From Ottowia sp. (GTDB taxonomy: Bacteria > Pseudomonadota > Gammaproteobacteria > Burkholderiales > Burkholderiaceae_C): DNA of 64,000 nt. Position numbers and translations under genes: made by a program. Below the pieces are notes generated by a model, which worked only from the letters and a program-made list of their open reading frames with translations, was not told the origin of the DNA and searched no databases. Location: the NCBI GenBank assembly GCA_017997715.1, contig JAGOEM010000001.1, positions 1,425 through 65,424 on the forward strand, written 5' to 3'. This document shows positions 52,584 through 62,551 of this stretch, in pieces. Each line of letters begins with the position of its first letter. Position 1 is the first letter of the stretch.

Positions 52584-53036
52584 GGCTTGTCTCCTTTGAG
52601 GTGGTGTGCAGTATGCGCCGGGCAATGCTGATTGCACCGCGGCATTCTGTGAACAGGCACTGACCAATCGCTTACGTAAGTCAGGCGTCAACCTGGCGTC
52701 GATGCCAACACCCATGCGATGTCAGCTGTATGTGCGTGCGGTGAGGTGTATCAGGCCGCGGCGCCGCTTCGACGCAAGAAATTTGCTCAGGGTTTTCGAG
52801 TGGGGCCCAGTGCCAGCGGTGGGAGCGTCTTGCGCCCGAAGGGGCTGATATTTCACATCAAAAAATATAGCGTCAGGGTTGATCCCGAGGCCGTGAGTTT
52901 GAAGAAAGCATGGTCGGGAAAAGGGCCAAAAGTCTGTCAGAAAACGGTCAGGTGGTACTTGGAAAGTGCCCTGCGGGACACCCCGTGTTTGCGTGTCCCG
53001 AGTTTGCATATTTCAAAAGTAACGGAGACAAAAAGC

Positions 53037-54704
53037 ATGGCAACTTCACAGGCCGCACGGCCGATGACGGGCGAGGAGAAGAAAGTCATCTTCGCCTCGT
53101 CACTCGGCACCGTGTTCGAGTGGTACGACTTCTACCTATACGGATCGCTGGCGGCGATCATCGCCAAGCAGTTCTTCGCCGGGCTGGATCCGACTTCGGC
53201 GTTCATCTTCGCGTTGCTGGCGTTTGCTGCCGGCTTCATCGTGCGGCCATTTGGCGCACTGGTGTTCGGCCGCCTGGGCGACATGATCGGGCGCAAGTAC
53301 ACGTTCCTGGTGACCATTCTCATCATGGGCCTGTCAACCTTCATCGTCGGCATCCTGCCCACCTACGCCTCCATCGGCGTGCTGGCACCGGTCATCCTGA
53401 TCGTGCTGCGCATGCTGCAGGGGCTGGCGCTGGGCGGTGAATACGGTGGCGCCGCGACCTACGTGGCCGAACACGCGCCGCACGGCAAGCGCGGTGCCTA
53501 TACCTCGTGGATTCAGACCACGGCAACGCTGGGCCTGTTCCTGTCGCTGGTCGTGATTCTGGTGGTGCGCAACGTGCTGGGCGAGGAGGCGTTTGTCGCC
53601 TGGGGCTGGCGCATTCCGTTCCTGGTTTCCATTCTTTTGCTGGGTGTGTCGGTGTGGATTCGCCTGTCGATGAACGAGTCGCCGGCTTTCCAGAAGATGA
53701 AGTCGGAAGGCAAGACCTCCAAGGCGCCGCTGACCGAATCCTTCGGCCAGTGGAAGAACCTGAAGATCGTGCTGCTGGCCTTGTTCGGCCTGGTCGCCGG
53801 GCAGGCGGTGGTCTGGTACACAGGCCAGTTCTACGCCTTGTTCTTCCTGACCAGCGTGCTCAAGGTGGATGCTTCCGCCGCCAACATCATGATCGCGATT
53901 GCCTTGCTGATCGCCACGCCGTTCTTCGTGATCTTCGGTACCTTGTCCGACAGGATCGGCCGCAAGCCGATCATCATGGCGGGCCTGCTGCTGGCGATGC
54001 TGACCTACTTCCCGCTGTTCAAGGCGCTGACCAACGCGGCCAACCCCGACCTGGCCGCCGCACAGCGGGCCAATTCGGTCACCGTGACCGCCGACCCGGC
54101 GGAGTGCTCGTTCGGCGGCAACCCCGTGGCGCGCGACATCGACTTCCGCACCTCATGCGACATCGCCAAGCGCTATCTGGCGCAACAGTCGGTGAGCTAC
54201 GAGAACGCCGCCGGTACCGGCCCCGCGTCCGTGAAGATCGGCGACAAGCTCATCACCGCACCGGCAGGCGTGGTGGAAGGCGGCAAGTTCGACGCCACCA
54301 GCGTGGCCGCCATTGCCGCGTTCAAGAAGGAGGTCAGCGACACGCTGAAGGCCGACGGCTACCCTGCCAAGGCCGACCCGGCCAAGGTCAACTGGCCGCT
54401 GACCATCGCCATCCTGACGGTGTTGGTGATCTACGTGACGATGGTCTACGGGCCCATCGCAGCGGCCTTGGTCGAGATGTTCCCGACCCGGATCCGCTAC
54501 ACGTCAATGAGCTTGCCGTACCACATAGGCAACGGCTGGTTCGGCGGCATGTTGCCCACCATTTCGTTCGCGATGGTGGCGTCCAACGGCAACATGTACT
54601 ACGGGCTTTGGTACCCGATCGTGATCGCCGCGATCACCTTCGTGATCGGCGTGCTGTTTGTGCGTGAAACCAAGGACGTGGACATCTACGCCGACGACGC
54701 GTAA
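53037..54704 (+). CDS. MFS transporter (metabolite:H+ symporter family)
   Basis: SSLGTVFEWYDF, FGRLGDMIGRK, GGEYGGA, EMFPTRIRYT. Confidence 0.92.
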   Translation: MATSQAARPMTGEEKKVIFASSLGTVFEWYDFYLYGSLAAIIAKQFFAGLDPTSAFIFALLAFAAGFIVRPFGALVFGRLGDMIGRKYTFLVTILIMGLSTFIVGILPTYASIGVLAPVILIVLRMLQGLALGGEYGGAATYVAEHAPHGKRGAYTSWIQTTATLGLFLSLVVILVVRNVLGEEAFVAWGWRIPFLVSILLLGVSVWIRLSMNESPAFQKMKSEGKTSKAPLTESFGQWKNLKIVLLALFGLVAGQAVVWYTGQFYALFFLTSVLKVDASAANIMIAIALLIATPFFVIFGTLSDRIGRKPIIMAGLLLAMLTYFPLFKALTNAANPDLAAAQRANSVTVTADPAECSFGGNPVARDIDFRTSCDIAKRYLAQQSVSYENAAGTGPASVKIGDKLITAPAGVVEGGKFDATSVAAIAAFKKEVSDTLKADGYPAKADPAKVNWPLTIAILTVLVIYVTMVYGPIAAALVEMFPTRIRYTSMSLPYHIGNGWFGGMLPTISFAMVASNGNMYYGLWYPIVIAAITFVIGVLFVRETKDVDIYADDA

Positions 54705-54796
54705 GCCGACGCGGGCGGGCAAGCCCGCGCAAGTGGCGCCGCAAATGCTGGTGGCGCCACTTGCCAGCCGCGCGGGCAGTCCAGATCCGCCCATGA

Positions 54797-54838
54797 AGAA
54801 TGCCGCCGTTGCTTGCGCACAGCGGCATTTTCTCTTTT
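54797..54838 (+). terminator. probable Rho-independent terminator
   Basis: AATGCCGC...GCGGCATT followed by TTCTCTTTT. Confidence 0.55.
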
Positions 54839-54916
54839 GGTCTGAACAGCGCGCGGCAACTGCGCCGATATCGTCAAAATCAAAGCCGCGCTGCTGTTTG
54901 TCCAGCCGCCCCGGGC

Positions 54917-56020
54917 TTATCGCTTGAAGCGGCCTTCGCTGATGATCGACAGATCGGCGTAGTCGATGCCGCTGTGGTCCTGCGGTGAATAGCTGATCTC
55001 CAGCCCGCCCAAATCAAAGCTCCTCAAGCTGTTGAGGCCGGCCACCACGCTCTGCCGCGTGGGGTTGGGGCCGGCGCGGCGCAGGCCTTCCACCAGCACT
55101 TTCGCCGCGGCGTAGCCCTCCAGCGCGGCGGGCGACAGGTTGATGCCCTTGGCTTTGGCGGCGGTCATGGCGTCTTTCACCATGGGCGTGGCGACGGATC
55201 GTTCGCTGGGGAAGACCTGGGTCACGATCACCCCGCGGCTGGCGTCGCCCAGCGCCTTGATGAAGCCGCTGGACGCGTTGTTTGACAAGGTGACCACCTG
55301 CGCGGCAGAGCCTGCGGCCCGCAGCGCCTTGATGCCATCGGCCACCGCCGTTCCCGAGCCGATCCAGATCACCGCCTGCGCACCCGCTACCTTGGGCACG
55401 ATGGCGGCGTAGTCTGGCCTGATGCGGTCGGCCGGCACCACGGCGGTGGGCTCCAGCTTGGCGGCTGTCAGCCCGTGTTTGGCGCCTTCAAGGGCATCCT
55501 GGCCGAACGAGTCGTCCGCGTGAACCACCGCAAAAGTGCGCAGGCCGATACTGGTCAGGTGGGTCACCGCTCTTTCCGCTTCGCGCTGGTAGGTGGCGCG
55601 CACGTTGAACACGTGCCTGGGCACCGGCTTGTGCAAGGCAATGGCGCCGGTCGATGGCCCCACCAGCGCCACTTCGTGCTTGTCCAGCATGGGCAGCAAC
55701 GCTTGTGTATTGGGCGTGCCCCGCGTCATGAACAGCGCCAGCACCTGCTTGTCTTCGATCAGCTGGCGCGCGTTTTCCACCGTGCGCCTGATGTCAAAGG
55801 CATCGTCCACGCGGATCAGTTCGATGCGCTGCCCGTGGATGCCGCCGTGCGCGTTCACCGCATCGAACACCAGCTGCGCGCCCTGGTCGGCTTCGCCCAC
55901 CGTGGCGGCCACGGTGCCCGTGATGCCCACGGTCTGTCCCACCAGGATCTGCGCGTTTGCGCCTGATCCCAAAAGCAATCCGGCCACCAAGGCGCAAAGT
56001 GAAAGAGGCAACACACGCAT
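54917..56020 (-). CDS. periplasmic ligand-binding protein (LivJ-like, type I), standalone
   Basis: Signal peptide; NAHGGIHGQRIEL, DD, FNVRATY, DDSFGQD, EGYAAAKV. Confidence 0.88.
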   Translation of the reverse strand: MRVLPLSLCALVAGLLLGSGANAQILVGQTVGITGTVAATVGEADQGAQLVFDAVNAHGGIHGQRIELIRVDDAFDIRRTVENARQLIEDKQVLALFMTRGTPNTQALLPMLDKHEVALVGPSTGAIALHKPVPRHVFNVRATYQREAERAVTHLTSIGLRTFAVVHADDSFGQDALEGAKHGLTAAKLEPTAVVPADRIRPDYAAIVPKVAGAQAVIWIGSGTAVADGIKALRAAGSAAQVVTLSNNASSGFIKALGDASRGVIVTQVFPSERSVATPMVKDAMTAAKAKGINLSPAALEGYAAAKVLVEGLRRAGPNPTRQSVVAGLNSLRSFDLGGLEISYSPQDHSGIDYADLSIISEGRFKR

Positions 56021-56206
56021 GTCCAAACTCCTGGTCTGGGTACAAGCCCTGGCGGGTATGCCGGGCAACGAACGCGCAGTGTACGACGATGTAATGAATT
56101 ATTACTAACGCAAAGTTGAGCGCATACCCCTTGTGCCAGCGGCGCGCCGCACTTGCAGGCAGAATATTTGCCCCACATGGGCCACGCGCCCACTGAGAGC
56201 CACTGC

Positions 56207-59200
56207 ATGACCACCGGTTTCATCCGCATTCGCGGAGCTCGCCAACACAACCTCAAGAACCTTGACCTGGACCTGCGCACCGGCGAGATGACGGTGGTGA
56301 CCGGGCCCTCGGGCTCGGGCAAGTCGTCCCTGGTGTTCGACACGCTGTACGCCGAAGGGCAACGCCGCTACGTCGAAACCTTCAGCGCCTATGCGCGCCA
56401 GTTTCTGGATCGCATGGACAAGCCCGCGGTCGACAAGGTGGAAGGCGTGCCGCCCGCCATCGCCATCGACCAGACCAACCCGGTGCGCAGCTCGCGTTCC
56501 ACGGTCGGCACCATGACCGAGCTGAACGACCACCTGAAGCTGTTGTTTGCCCGCGCCGGCCAGTTGTTCGACCGCCAGACCGCGCTGCCGGTGCGCCACG
56601 ACAGCGCCGACAGCATCTTCGACGAGTTGGTACGGCGTGCCGCGCAGGCCGGTGACCCGCGGCTGGTGCTGACCTTTGCCGTCGAGCTGCCCGCCAACAC
56701 CGGCGCTGATGAAGTGCAGCAATGGCTGTCGGCCAGCGGCTTCACCCGCGTACAGGCCGAGCGCGAAGTGGCTGGCAAGAAGGTGCTGGACGTGGTGGCC
56801 GACCGCTTCCGCATCGCCGGGGCCGAGCGCGCCCGCGTGGTCGAAGCGATCGAGGTCGCGCTCAAGCGCGGCAGCGGACGCATGACCGTGTACGCACTGC
56901 CGGCGGGCGAGGCCACCCCCTCGGGGGGCAGCGAAGCGCGCGAAGCGGCGAGCGTGGGGGCGAACGAGGGAACCGAGCGCCCCGGCGCCGGGTCGTCCCA
57001 AGGCGGGGCAGCCCCCTTGGGGGGCAGCGAAGCGCGCGAAGCGGCGAGCGTGGGGGCGAACGAGGGAACCGAGCGCCCCGCCGCCGGGCCGTCCCAAGGC
57101 GGGGCAGCCCCCTTGGGGGGCAGCGAAGCGCGCGAAGCGGCGAGCGTGGGGGCCCTATCACTTTTGTGGAAATTCTCCACCGGCCTGCACTGCCCGGAAA
57201 GCGACTTGCGCTACGCCGAGCCGATTCCGTCGATGTTCTCGTTCAACTCGCCCGTGGGCGCGTGCGAGACCTGCCGTGGCTTTGGCCGCGTCATCGGGGT
57301 TGACTGGGGCCTGGTGATTCCCGATGAACGCATGACCTTGCGGGCCGGTGCGATCAAGCCGATCCAGACGCCCGCCTGGCGCGAATGCCAGGACGATCTG
57401 ATGCGCCACGCCGAAAGCGCCGGCATACCGCGCGACACCGCGTGGAACCGGCTCACGGCCGAACAGAAAAACTGGGTCATCGAAGGCACGCCCACCTACA
57501 AGGACGGCCAGTGGAGCAAGCAGTGGTACGGCATCCGGCGCTTCTTCCAGTACCTGGAAAGCAAGGCGTACAAGATGCACATCCGGGTGCTGCTGTCCAA
57601 GTACCGCAGCTACACCCCTTGCCCGACGTGCGGCGGCGCGCGGCTGAAGACCGAATCGCTGCTGTGGCGCGTGGGCAGCAAGGCCGATGCCGACGCGGTG
57701 TTGGCGCCGTCGCCGCGCCGGCCCGCCCTCGGCGGCGACAGCGGGCAGCCCGCCAGCGCAGCGGCAGGGCCTGGGGCCACACGCTTCATGCCGCAAGGCG
57801 TGAAGTGGACGCGCGAACAGCTGGACGCGCTGCCCGGCCTGTGCCTGCACGACTTGATGCTGCTGCCCATCGACCGGCTGCGAACCTTCTTCGACCGGAT
57901 GGCCGATGCTCCTGAAAACAGAGCTGCTAGCGCCCATCCAGCAAGCGCTGAAGGCGTATTTGACCGAGAATCTGCCGATGCGCAGGCGCGCCGCCTGATC
58001 CTGGAAGAGATCCAGACCCGGCTGCGCTACCTGGCCGACGTTGGCATCGGCTACCTCACGCTGGACCGGCAAAGTCGCACGCTGAGCGGCGGCGAAGTGC
58101 AGCGCATCAACCTGACCACCGCGCTGGGCACCAGCCTGGTCAACACGCTGTTCGTGCTGGACGAGCCCAGCATCGGCCTGCACCCGCGCGACATGGACCG
58201 CATCACCGAAGCCATGCAGCGCCTCAAGCGCGCCGGCAATACGCTGGTGGTGGTCGAACACGACCCCGCCGTCATGCTGGCGGCCGACCGCGTGCTGGAC
58301 TTCGGCCCCGGCCCCGGCGCGGCGGGCGGGCAGATCGTGTTCGATGGCACGCCGGCCGAGCTGCGCGCCAGCGACACCCTGACCGGCGCCTACCTGGGCG
58401 GCCGCAAAACCATTCAGTCGGGCCTGGCGCGCCCGGTGACCGACAGCACGCCGCGCCTGATTCTGGAAGGCGTGACCGAACACAACCTGAAGCACGTCTC
58501 GGTCGACTTTCCGCTGACGCGGCTGGTCACCGTCACCGGCGTGTCGGGCTCGGGCAAGTCCAGCCTGATTCAGGACGTGCTGGCGCCCGCCTTGATGCGC
58601 CACTTTGGCAAGGCCACCGAATCGCCTGGCGCGCACGAACGCCTGCTGGGCGCCGACCATTTGAGCGGCGTGGTGTTCGTCGACCAGTCGCCCATTGGCA
58701 AAACCGCGCGATCCAACCCCGTCAGCTACGTCGGCGCGTGGGACACCCTCCGCGCCATCTTTGCCGACGCGCCACTGTCGCGCCAGCGCGGCTACACGGC
58801 GGCCAAGTTCAGCTTCAACAGCGGCGACGGGCGCTGCCCGACCTGCGGCGGATCGGGCTTTGAACACGTCGAGATGCAGTTCCTGTCCGACGTCTACCTG
58901 CGCTGCCCCGACTGCGATGGCAAGCGCTACCGGCCTGAGATCCTTGAAGTGAAGATCGAACGCCAGGCGCCCACCGATCTGCGCGCGCGCCACTTGAACG
59001 TGGCCGACGTGCTGGACCTGACCGTGGCCGAAGCCGTGCAACTGTTCGCGCGCGACCGCGAGGTCATCCGCGCGCTGCAGCCCATCGTCGACGTGGGCCT
59101 GGACTACGTCAAGCTGGGGCAGCCCGTGCCCACGCTGAGCGGCGGCGAAGCGCAGCGCTTGAAGCTGGCCGGCTTTCTGGCCGAGGCCGCCAAATCGCAA

Positions 59201-62200
59201 ACCGCCACGCGCCAACCGGCCGCGCGCAAAGGCCAGTTGTTCTTGTTTGACGAGCCCACCACCGGCCTGCACTTTGACGACATCGCCAAGCTGATGCGCG
59301 CCTTCCGCAAGCTGCTGGAAGCCGGGCATTCGCTGGTGGTGATCGAGCACAACCTGGACGTGATCCGCGCCAGCGACTGGCTGATCGACCTGGGCCCCGA
59401 AGGCGGCGACGCCGGTGGCACGGTGGTGGCCGAAGGCACGCCGGATGCGGTGGCGCGCCACGCCACATCGCACACCGGCGCGGCGCTGCGCGCCTATGCG
59501 CAGACGCTGGGCGAGGCGGTGGCGTTGACGGCCGAAGAGCCCCGTGCGCTATATAAAACAGAGCTGCCTGCGCCCAATGGGCGTGCGCTAGAGGCCAAAA
59601 ACACTTCAAACTCTATCGAGATCATTCACGCGCGCGAACACAACCTGAAGAACCTCAGCGTGGACATTCCGCGCGGCAAGTTCAACGTGATCACCGGCGT
59701 CAGCGGCTCGGGCAAATCCACGCTGGCGTTCGACATTCTGTTCAACGAAGGGCAGCGGCGTTACCTGGAATCGCTGAACGCCTACGCGCGCAGCATCGTG
59801 CAGCCGGCCGGCCGGCCCGAGGTGGATGCGGTCTACGGCATTCCGCCCACGGTGGCGATCGAGCAGCGCCTGTCGCGCGGCGGCCGCAAGAGCACGGTGG
59901 GCACCACCACCGAGGTGTGGCACTTTCTGCGCCTGCTGTACGTCAAGCTGGGCGTGCAGCACTGCGTGCACGACGACGCGGCGGTGCAACCACAAACGCC
60001 CGAACGCATTGCCGCGCAGATCATGACGCGCTTCAAGGGCCAGGTGATCGGCTTGATGGCGCCGCTGGTGGTGGGCCGCAAGGGCGTGTACACCGAACTG
60101 GCTGACTGGGCGCGCCCGCGCGGCCATACCCACCTGCGGGTGGATGGCGAGTTTCTGCCGACCACGGGCTTTCCGCGCATCGACCGATTCAAGGAACACA
60201 CCATCGAGCTGCCGGTGATGAGCCTGCCGGTCACCCCCGGCAACGAAGCGCAGCTGCGCGAATCGCTGACCCGCGCGCTGGAGCACGGCAAGGGCGTGGT
60301 GCATGTGCTGCACGACATCGGTGGCCTGCGCCACGCGCTGGAAACGGGCATGTCCACCCAGCACATCGGGCGGGTGGAGGTGTTTTCCACCAAGCGCGCC
60401 TGTCCGGTATGCGCCACCAGCTATGCCGAGCTGGACCCGCGCCTGTTCTCATACAACAGCAAGCACGGCTGGTGCCCCGACTGCGTGGGCACCGGCGTGA
60501 AGCTGACGCGCGAGCAGCGCAAGGCGCTGGACGATTCGGTGCTGGCCGACGACCAGAAAGGGCGCGAGCAGACCTTTGCCGAGGTGGAAGTGGAAGACGT
60601 GGGCCACGCCGCCTGCCCAAGCTGCCAGGGCACGCGCCTGAACCCGGTGGCGCGCCACGTGCGGCTGGATGGATACACCCCGCCCGGCACGGAGGTGCGG
60701 GACCGCGCGAAGGTGCAGGGCGTCGCCATCACCGACCTGGCGCGCCTGTCGGTGCGCGATTTGCGCCAGTGGTTTGACGGCTTGCGCCTGCAAGGGCGCG
60801 ACGCCGATATCGCGCGCGATTTGCTGCCCGAAATCCAAAGCCGGCTGGCTTTTCTTGAACAGGTGGGCCTGGGTTATTTGACGCTGGACCGCGGCGCGCC
60901 CACGCTCAGTGGTGGCGAGGCGCAGCGCATCCGCCTGGCCGCGCAGCTGGGCAGCAACCTGCAGGGCGTGTGCTACGTGCTGGACGAGCCGACCATTGGC
61001 CTGCACGCGCGCGACAACCAGATCCTGCTGGACGCGCTGCACAACCTGTCCAGCAAGGGCAACACGCTGGTGGTGGTGGAGCACGACGAGGACACCATCC
61101 GCCGCGCCGAGCACCTGATCGACATCGGCCCCGGTGCCGGCGTGCGCGGCGGCCACCTGGTGGCGCAGGGCACGGTGGCCGATGTGGCCGCCGCGCCCGA
61201 TTCCGCCACCGGCCGCTACCTGCGCGACGCGATGCGCCACCCCCTGCACCCGCGCCGGGCCATCGGCAAGGCGCCGCCCGCCGTGGCGGTGACCGAAGGC
61301 GACGGCTGGCTGTCGCTGAAAGGCGCCTACCTGCACAACCTGAAAGACGTGGACGTGGCCGTGCCGCTGAAGCGCCTGGTGGCGGTAACGGGCGTGTCCG
61401 GCTCAGGCAAATCCACGCTGGCGCGCGACGTGCTGCTTGCCAGCGTGCAGCGCTTTGTACGGCAAGAGATGAAGGGTAAAAAGGCCGCCATCGCAGACGC
61501 GGCGGGCGCAGGCAGCTATGAAATAAATAGCCACGGCCTGATCGGCTGTACTGGCCTGGAAGGCTTTGGCCAGATCGACCGCGTGCTGGAAGTGGACCAG
61601 ACACCCATCGGCAAAACCCCGCGCAGCTGCCCCGCCACGTACATCGGCTTTTGGGACACGGTACGCAAGCTGTTTGCCGACACGCTGGAAGCCAAGGCGC
61701 GCGGCTATGGCCCCGGGCGCTTCAGCTTCAACACCGGCGAAGGGCGCTGCCCGTCGTGCGAAGGGCAGGGCGTGCGCACCATTGAGATGAGCTTTCTGCC
61801 CGATGTGAAAGTGCCGTGCGAAGTGTGCCGCGGCGCCCGCTTCAACCCCGAGACGCTGGCCGTCACCTGGCGCGGCAAGAGCATCGGCGACGTGCTGCAG
61901 ATGGAGGTGGACGAGGCGGTCGACTTCTTCGCCAGCATGCCCAACATTGCGCACCCGCTGCAGCTGCTGAAAGACGTGGGCCTGGGCTACCTGACGCTGG
62001 GCCAGCCATCGCCCACGCTGAGCGGTGGCGAGGCGCAGCGCATCAAGCTGGTGACCGAACTCAGCAAAGTGCGCGACGACATCACCCGCCGCGGCAACAA
62101 GGCGCCGCACACCCTGTACGTGCTGGACGAACCCACGGTGGGCCTGCACATGCAGGACGTGGAAAAGCTGATCCACGTGCTGCACCGCCTGGTGGACGGC

Positions 62201-62413
62201 GGCCACAGCGTGGTGGTGATCGAGCACGACCTGGACCTGATCGCCGAGGCCGACTGGATCATCGACCTGGGGCCGGAAGGCGGCGACGGCGGTGGCCGCC
62301 TGGTGGCCGCCGGCACGCCGGAAGACGTGGTGCGGCTGGGCACCCACACCGGGGTGGCATTGGCGCCGGTACTGGCGCGGGACGGCGTGGGTCGAGAAGC
62401 TGTGCCTGCCTGA
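56207..62413 (+). CDS. uvrA: double-length excinuclease ABC subunit A (two fused UvrA units, 2068 aa)
   Basis: Four HNLK strands, four GxSGSGKS Walker A motifs, four LSGGE signatures, several CxxC motifs. Confidence 0.93.
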   Translation: MTTGFIRIRGARQHNLKNLDLDLRTGEMTVVTGPSGSGKSSLVFDTLYAEGQRRYVETFSAYARQFLDRMDKPAVDKVEGVPPAIAIDQTNPVRSSRSTVGTMTELNDHLKLLFARAGQLFDRQTALPVRHDSADSIFDELVRRAAQAGDPRLVLTFAVELPANTGADEVQQWLSASGFTRVQAEREVAGKKVLDVVADRFRIAGAERARVVEAIEVALKRGSGRMTVYALPAGEATPSGGSEAREAASVGANEGTERPGAGSSQGGAAPLGGSEAREAASVGANEGTERPAAGPSQGGAAPLGGSEAREAASVGALSLLWKFSTGLHCPESDLRYAEPIPSMFSFNSPVGACETCRGFGRVIGVDWGLVIPDERMTLRAGAIKPIQTPAWRECQDDLMRHAESAGIPRDTAWNRLTAEQKNWVIEGTPTYKDGQWSKQWYGIRRFFQYLESKAYKMHIRVLLSKYRSYTPCPTCGGARLKTESLLWRVGSKADADAVLAPSPRRPALGGDSGQPASAAAGPGATRFMPQGVKWTREQLDALPGLCLHDLMLLPIDRLRTFFDRMADAPENRAASAHPASAEGVFDRESADAQARRLILEEIQTRLRYLADVGIGYLTLDRQSRTLSGGEVQRINLTTALGTSLVNTLFVLDEPSIGLHPRDMDRITEAMQRLKRAGNTLVVVEHDPAVMLAADRVLDFGPGPGAAGGQIVFDGTPAELRASDTLTGAYLGGRKTIQSGLARPVTDSTPRLILEGVTEHNLKHVSVDFPLTRLVTVTGVSGSGKSSLIQDVLAPALMRHFGKATESPGAHERLLGADHLSGVVFVDQSPIGKTARSNPVSYVGAWDTLRAIFADAPLSRQRGYTAAKFSFNSGDGRCPTCGGSGFEHVEMQFLSDVYLRCPDCDGKRYRPEILEVKIERQAPTDLRARHLNVADVLDLTVAEAVQLFARDREVIRALQPIVDVGLDYVKLGQPVPTLSGGEAQRLKLAGFLAEAAKSQTATRQPAARKGQLFLFDEPTTGLHFDDIAKLMRAFRKLLEAGHSLVVIEHNLDVIRASDWLIDLGPEGGDAGGTVVAEGTPDAVARHATSHTGAALRAYAQTLGEAVALTAEEPRALYKTELPAPNGRALEAKNTSNSIEIIHAREHNLKNLSVDIPRGKFNVITGVSGSGKSTLAFDILFNEGQRRYLESLNAYARSIVQPAGRPEVDAVYGIPPTVAIEQRLSRGGRKSTVGTTTEVWHFLRLLYVKLGVQHCVHDDAAVQPQTPERIAAQIMTRFKGQVIGLMAPLVVGRKGVYTELADWARPRGHTHLRVDGEFLPTTGFPRIDRFKEHTIELPVMSLPVTPGNEAQLRESLTRALEHGKGVVHVLHDIGGLRHALETGMSTQHIGRVEVFSTKRACPVCATSYAELDPRLFSYNSKHGWCPDCVGTGVKLTREQRKALDDSVLADDQKGREQTFAEVEVEDVGHAACPSCQGTRLNPVARHVRLDGYTPPGTEVRDRAKVQGVAITDLARLSVRDLRQWFDGLRLQGRDADIARDLLPEIQSRLAFLEQVGLGYLTLDRGAPTLSGGEAQRIRLAAQLGSNLQGVCYVLDEPTIGLHARDNQILLDALHNLSSKGNTLVVVEHDEDTIRRAEHLIDIGPGAGVRGGHLVAQGTVADVAAAPDSATGRYLRDAMRHPLHPRRAIGKAPPAVAVTEGDGWLSLKGAYLHNLKDVDVAVPLKRLVAVTGVSGSGKSTLARDVLLASVQRFVRQEMKGKKAAIADAAGAGSYEINSHGLIGCTGLEGFGQIDRVLEVDQTPIGKTPRSCPATYIGFWDTVRKLFADTLEAKARGYGPGRFSFNTGEGRCPSCEGQGVRTIEMSFLPDVKVPCEVCRGARFNPETLAVTWRGKSIGDVLQMEVDEAVDFFASMPNIAHPLQLLKDVGLGYLTLGQPSPTLSGGEAQRIKLVTELSKVRDDITRRGNKAPHTLYVLDEPTVGLHMQDVEKLIHVLHRLVDGGHSVVVIEHDLDLIAEADWIIDLGPEGGDGGGRLVAAGTPEDVVRLGTHTGVALAPVLARDGVGREAVPA
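56913..57154 (+). repeat. family B repeat array in-frame within uvrA (96-bp / 32-aa period)
   Basis: CCCCCTYGGGGGGCAGCGAAGCGCGCGAAGCGGCGAGCGTGGGGGC at 56916, 57012, 57108; peptide [13 protein letters not shown] three times. Confidence 0.92.
57709..57778 (+). repeat. degenerate family B element in-frame within uvrA
   Basis: GTCGCCGC-[GCCGGCCCGCCCTCG]-GCGGCGAC stem-loop, then GGGCAGC...GCGCAGCGG...TGGGGCC. Confidence 0.6.
57907..57972 (+). repeat. family A repeat A12, in-frame within uvrA
   Basis: TGCTCCTGAAAACAGAGCTGCTAGCGC-N11-GCGCTGAAGGCGTATTTGACCGAGAA = [21 protein letters not shown]. Confidence 0.8.
59547..59611 (+). repeat. family A repeat A13, in uvrA inter-unit linker
   Basis: CGCTATATAAAACAGAGCTGCCTGCGC-N11-GCGCTAGAGGCCAAAAACACTTCAAA = [21 protein letters not shown]. 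Confidence 0.8.
61468..61532 (-). repeat. family A repeat A14, antisense within uvrA
   Basis: Minus strand GGCTATTTATTTCATAGCTGCCTGCGC-N11-GCGATGGCGGCCTTTTTACCCTTC; plus-strand peptide [21 protein letters not shown]. Confidence 0.8.
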
Positions 62414-62551
62414 ACCTTGGTGCCGCTGCCTGCGCCCGCAGGGCGTGGGCGGCCGCACCGGCTGCCAGCCCTAAACGGTGAGCCGACCCCGCTACAGTTC
62501 GGCCAAAGGTCGGCCATGTGGCGGGTCTGCAAACACTGGAGGGAGTTTCGT

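Noticed and set aside
56021-56206. LexA box upstream of uvrA
   Set aside because: No CTGT-N8-ACAG match found by eye
62420-62475. GCTGCCTGCGCCC after the uvrA stop as a 15th family A copy
   Set aside because: Only the central core matches; AT-rich flanks and second GCGC are absent, so not counted
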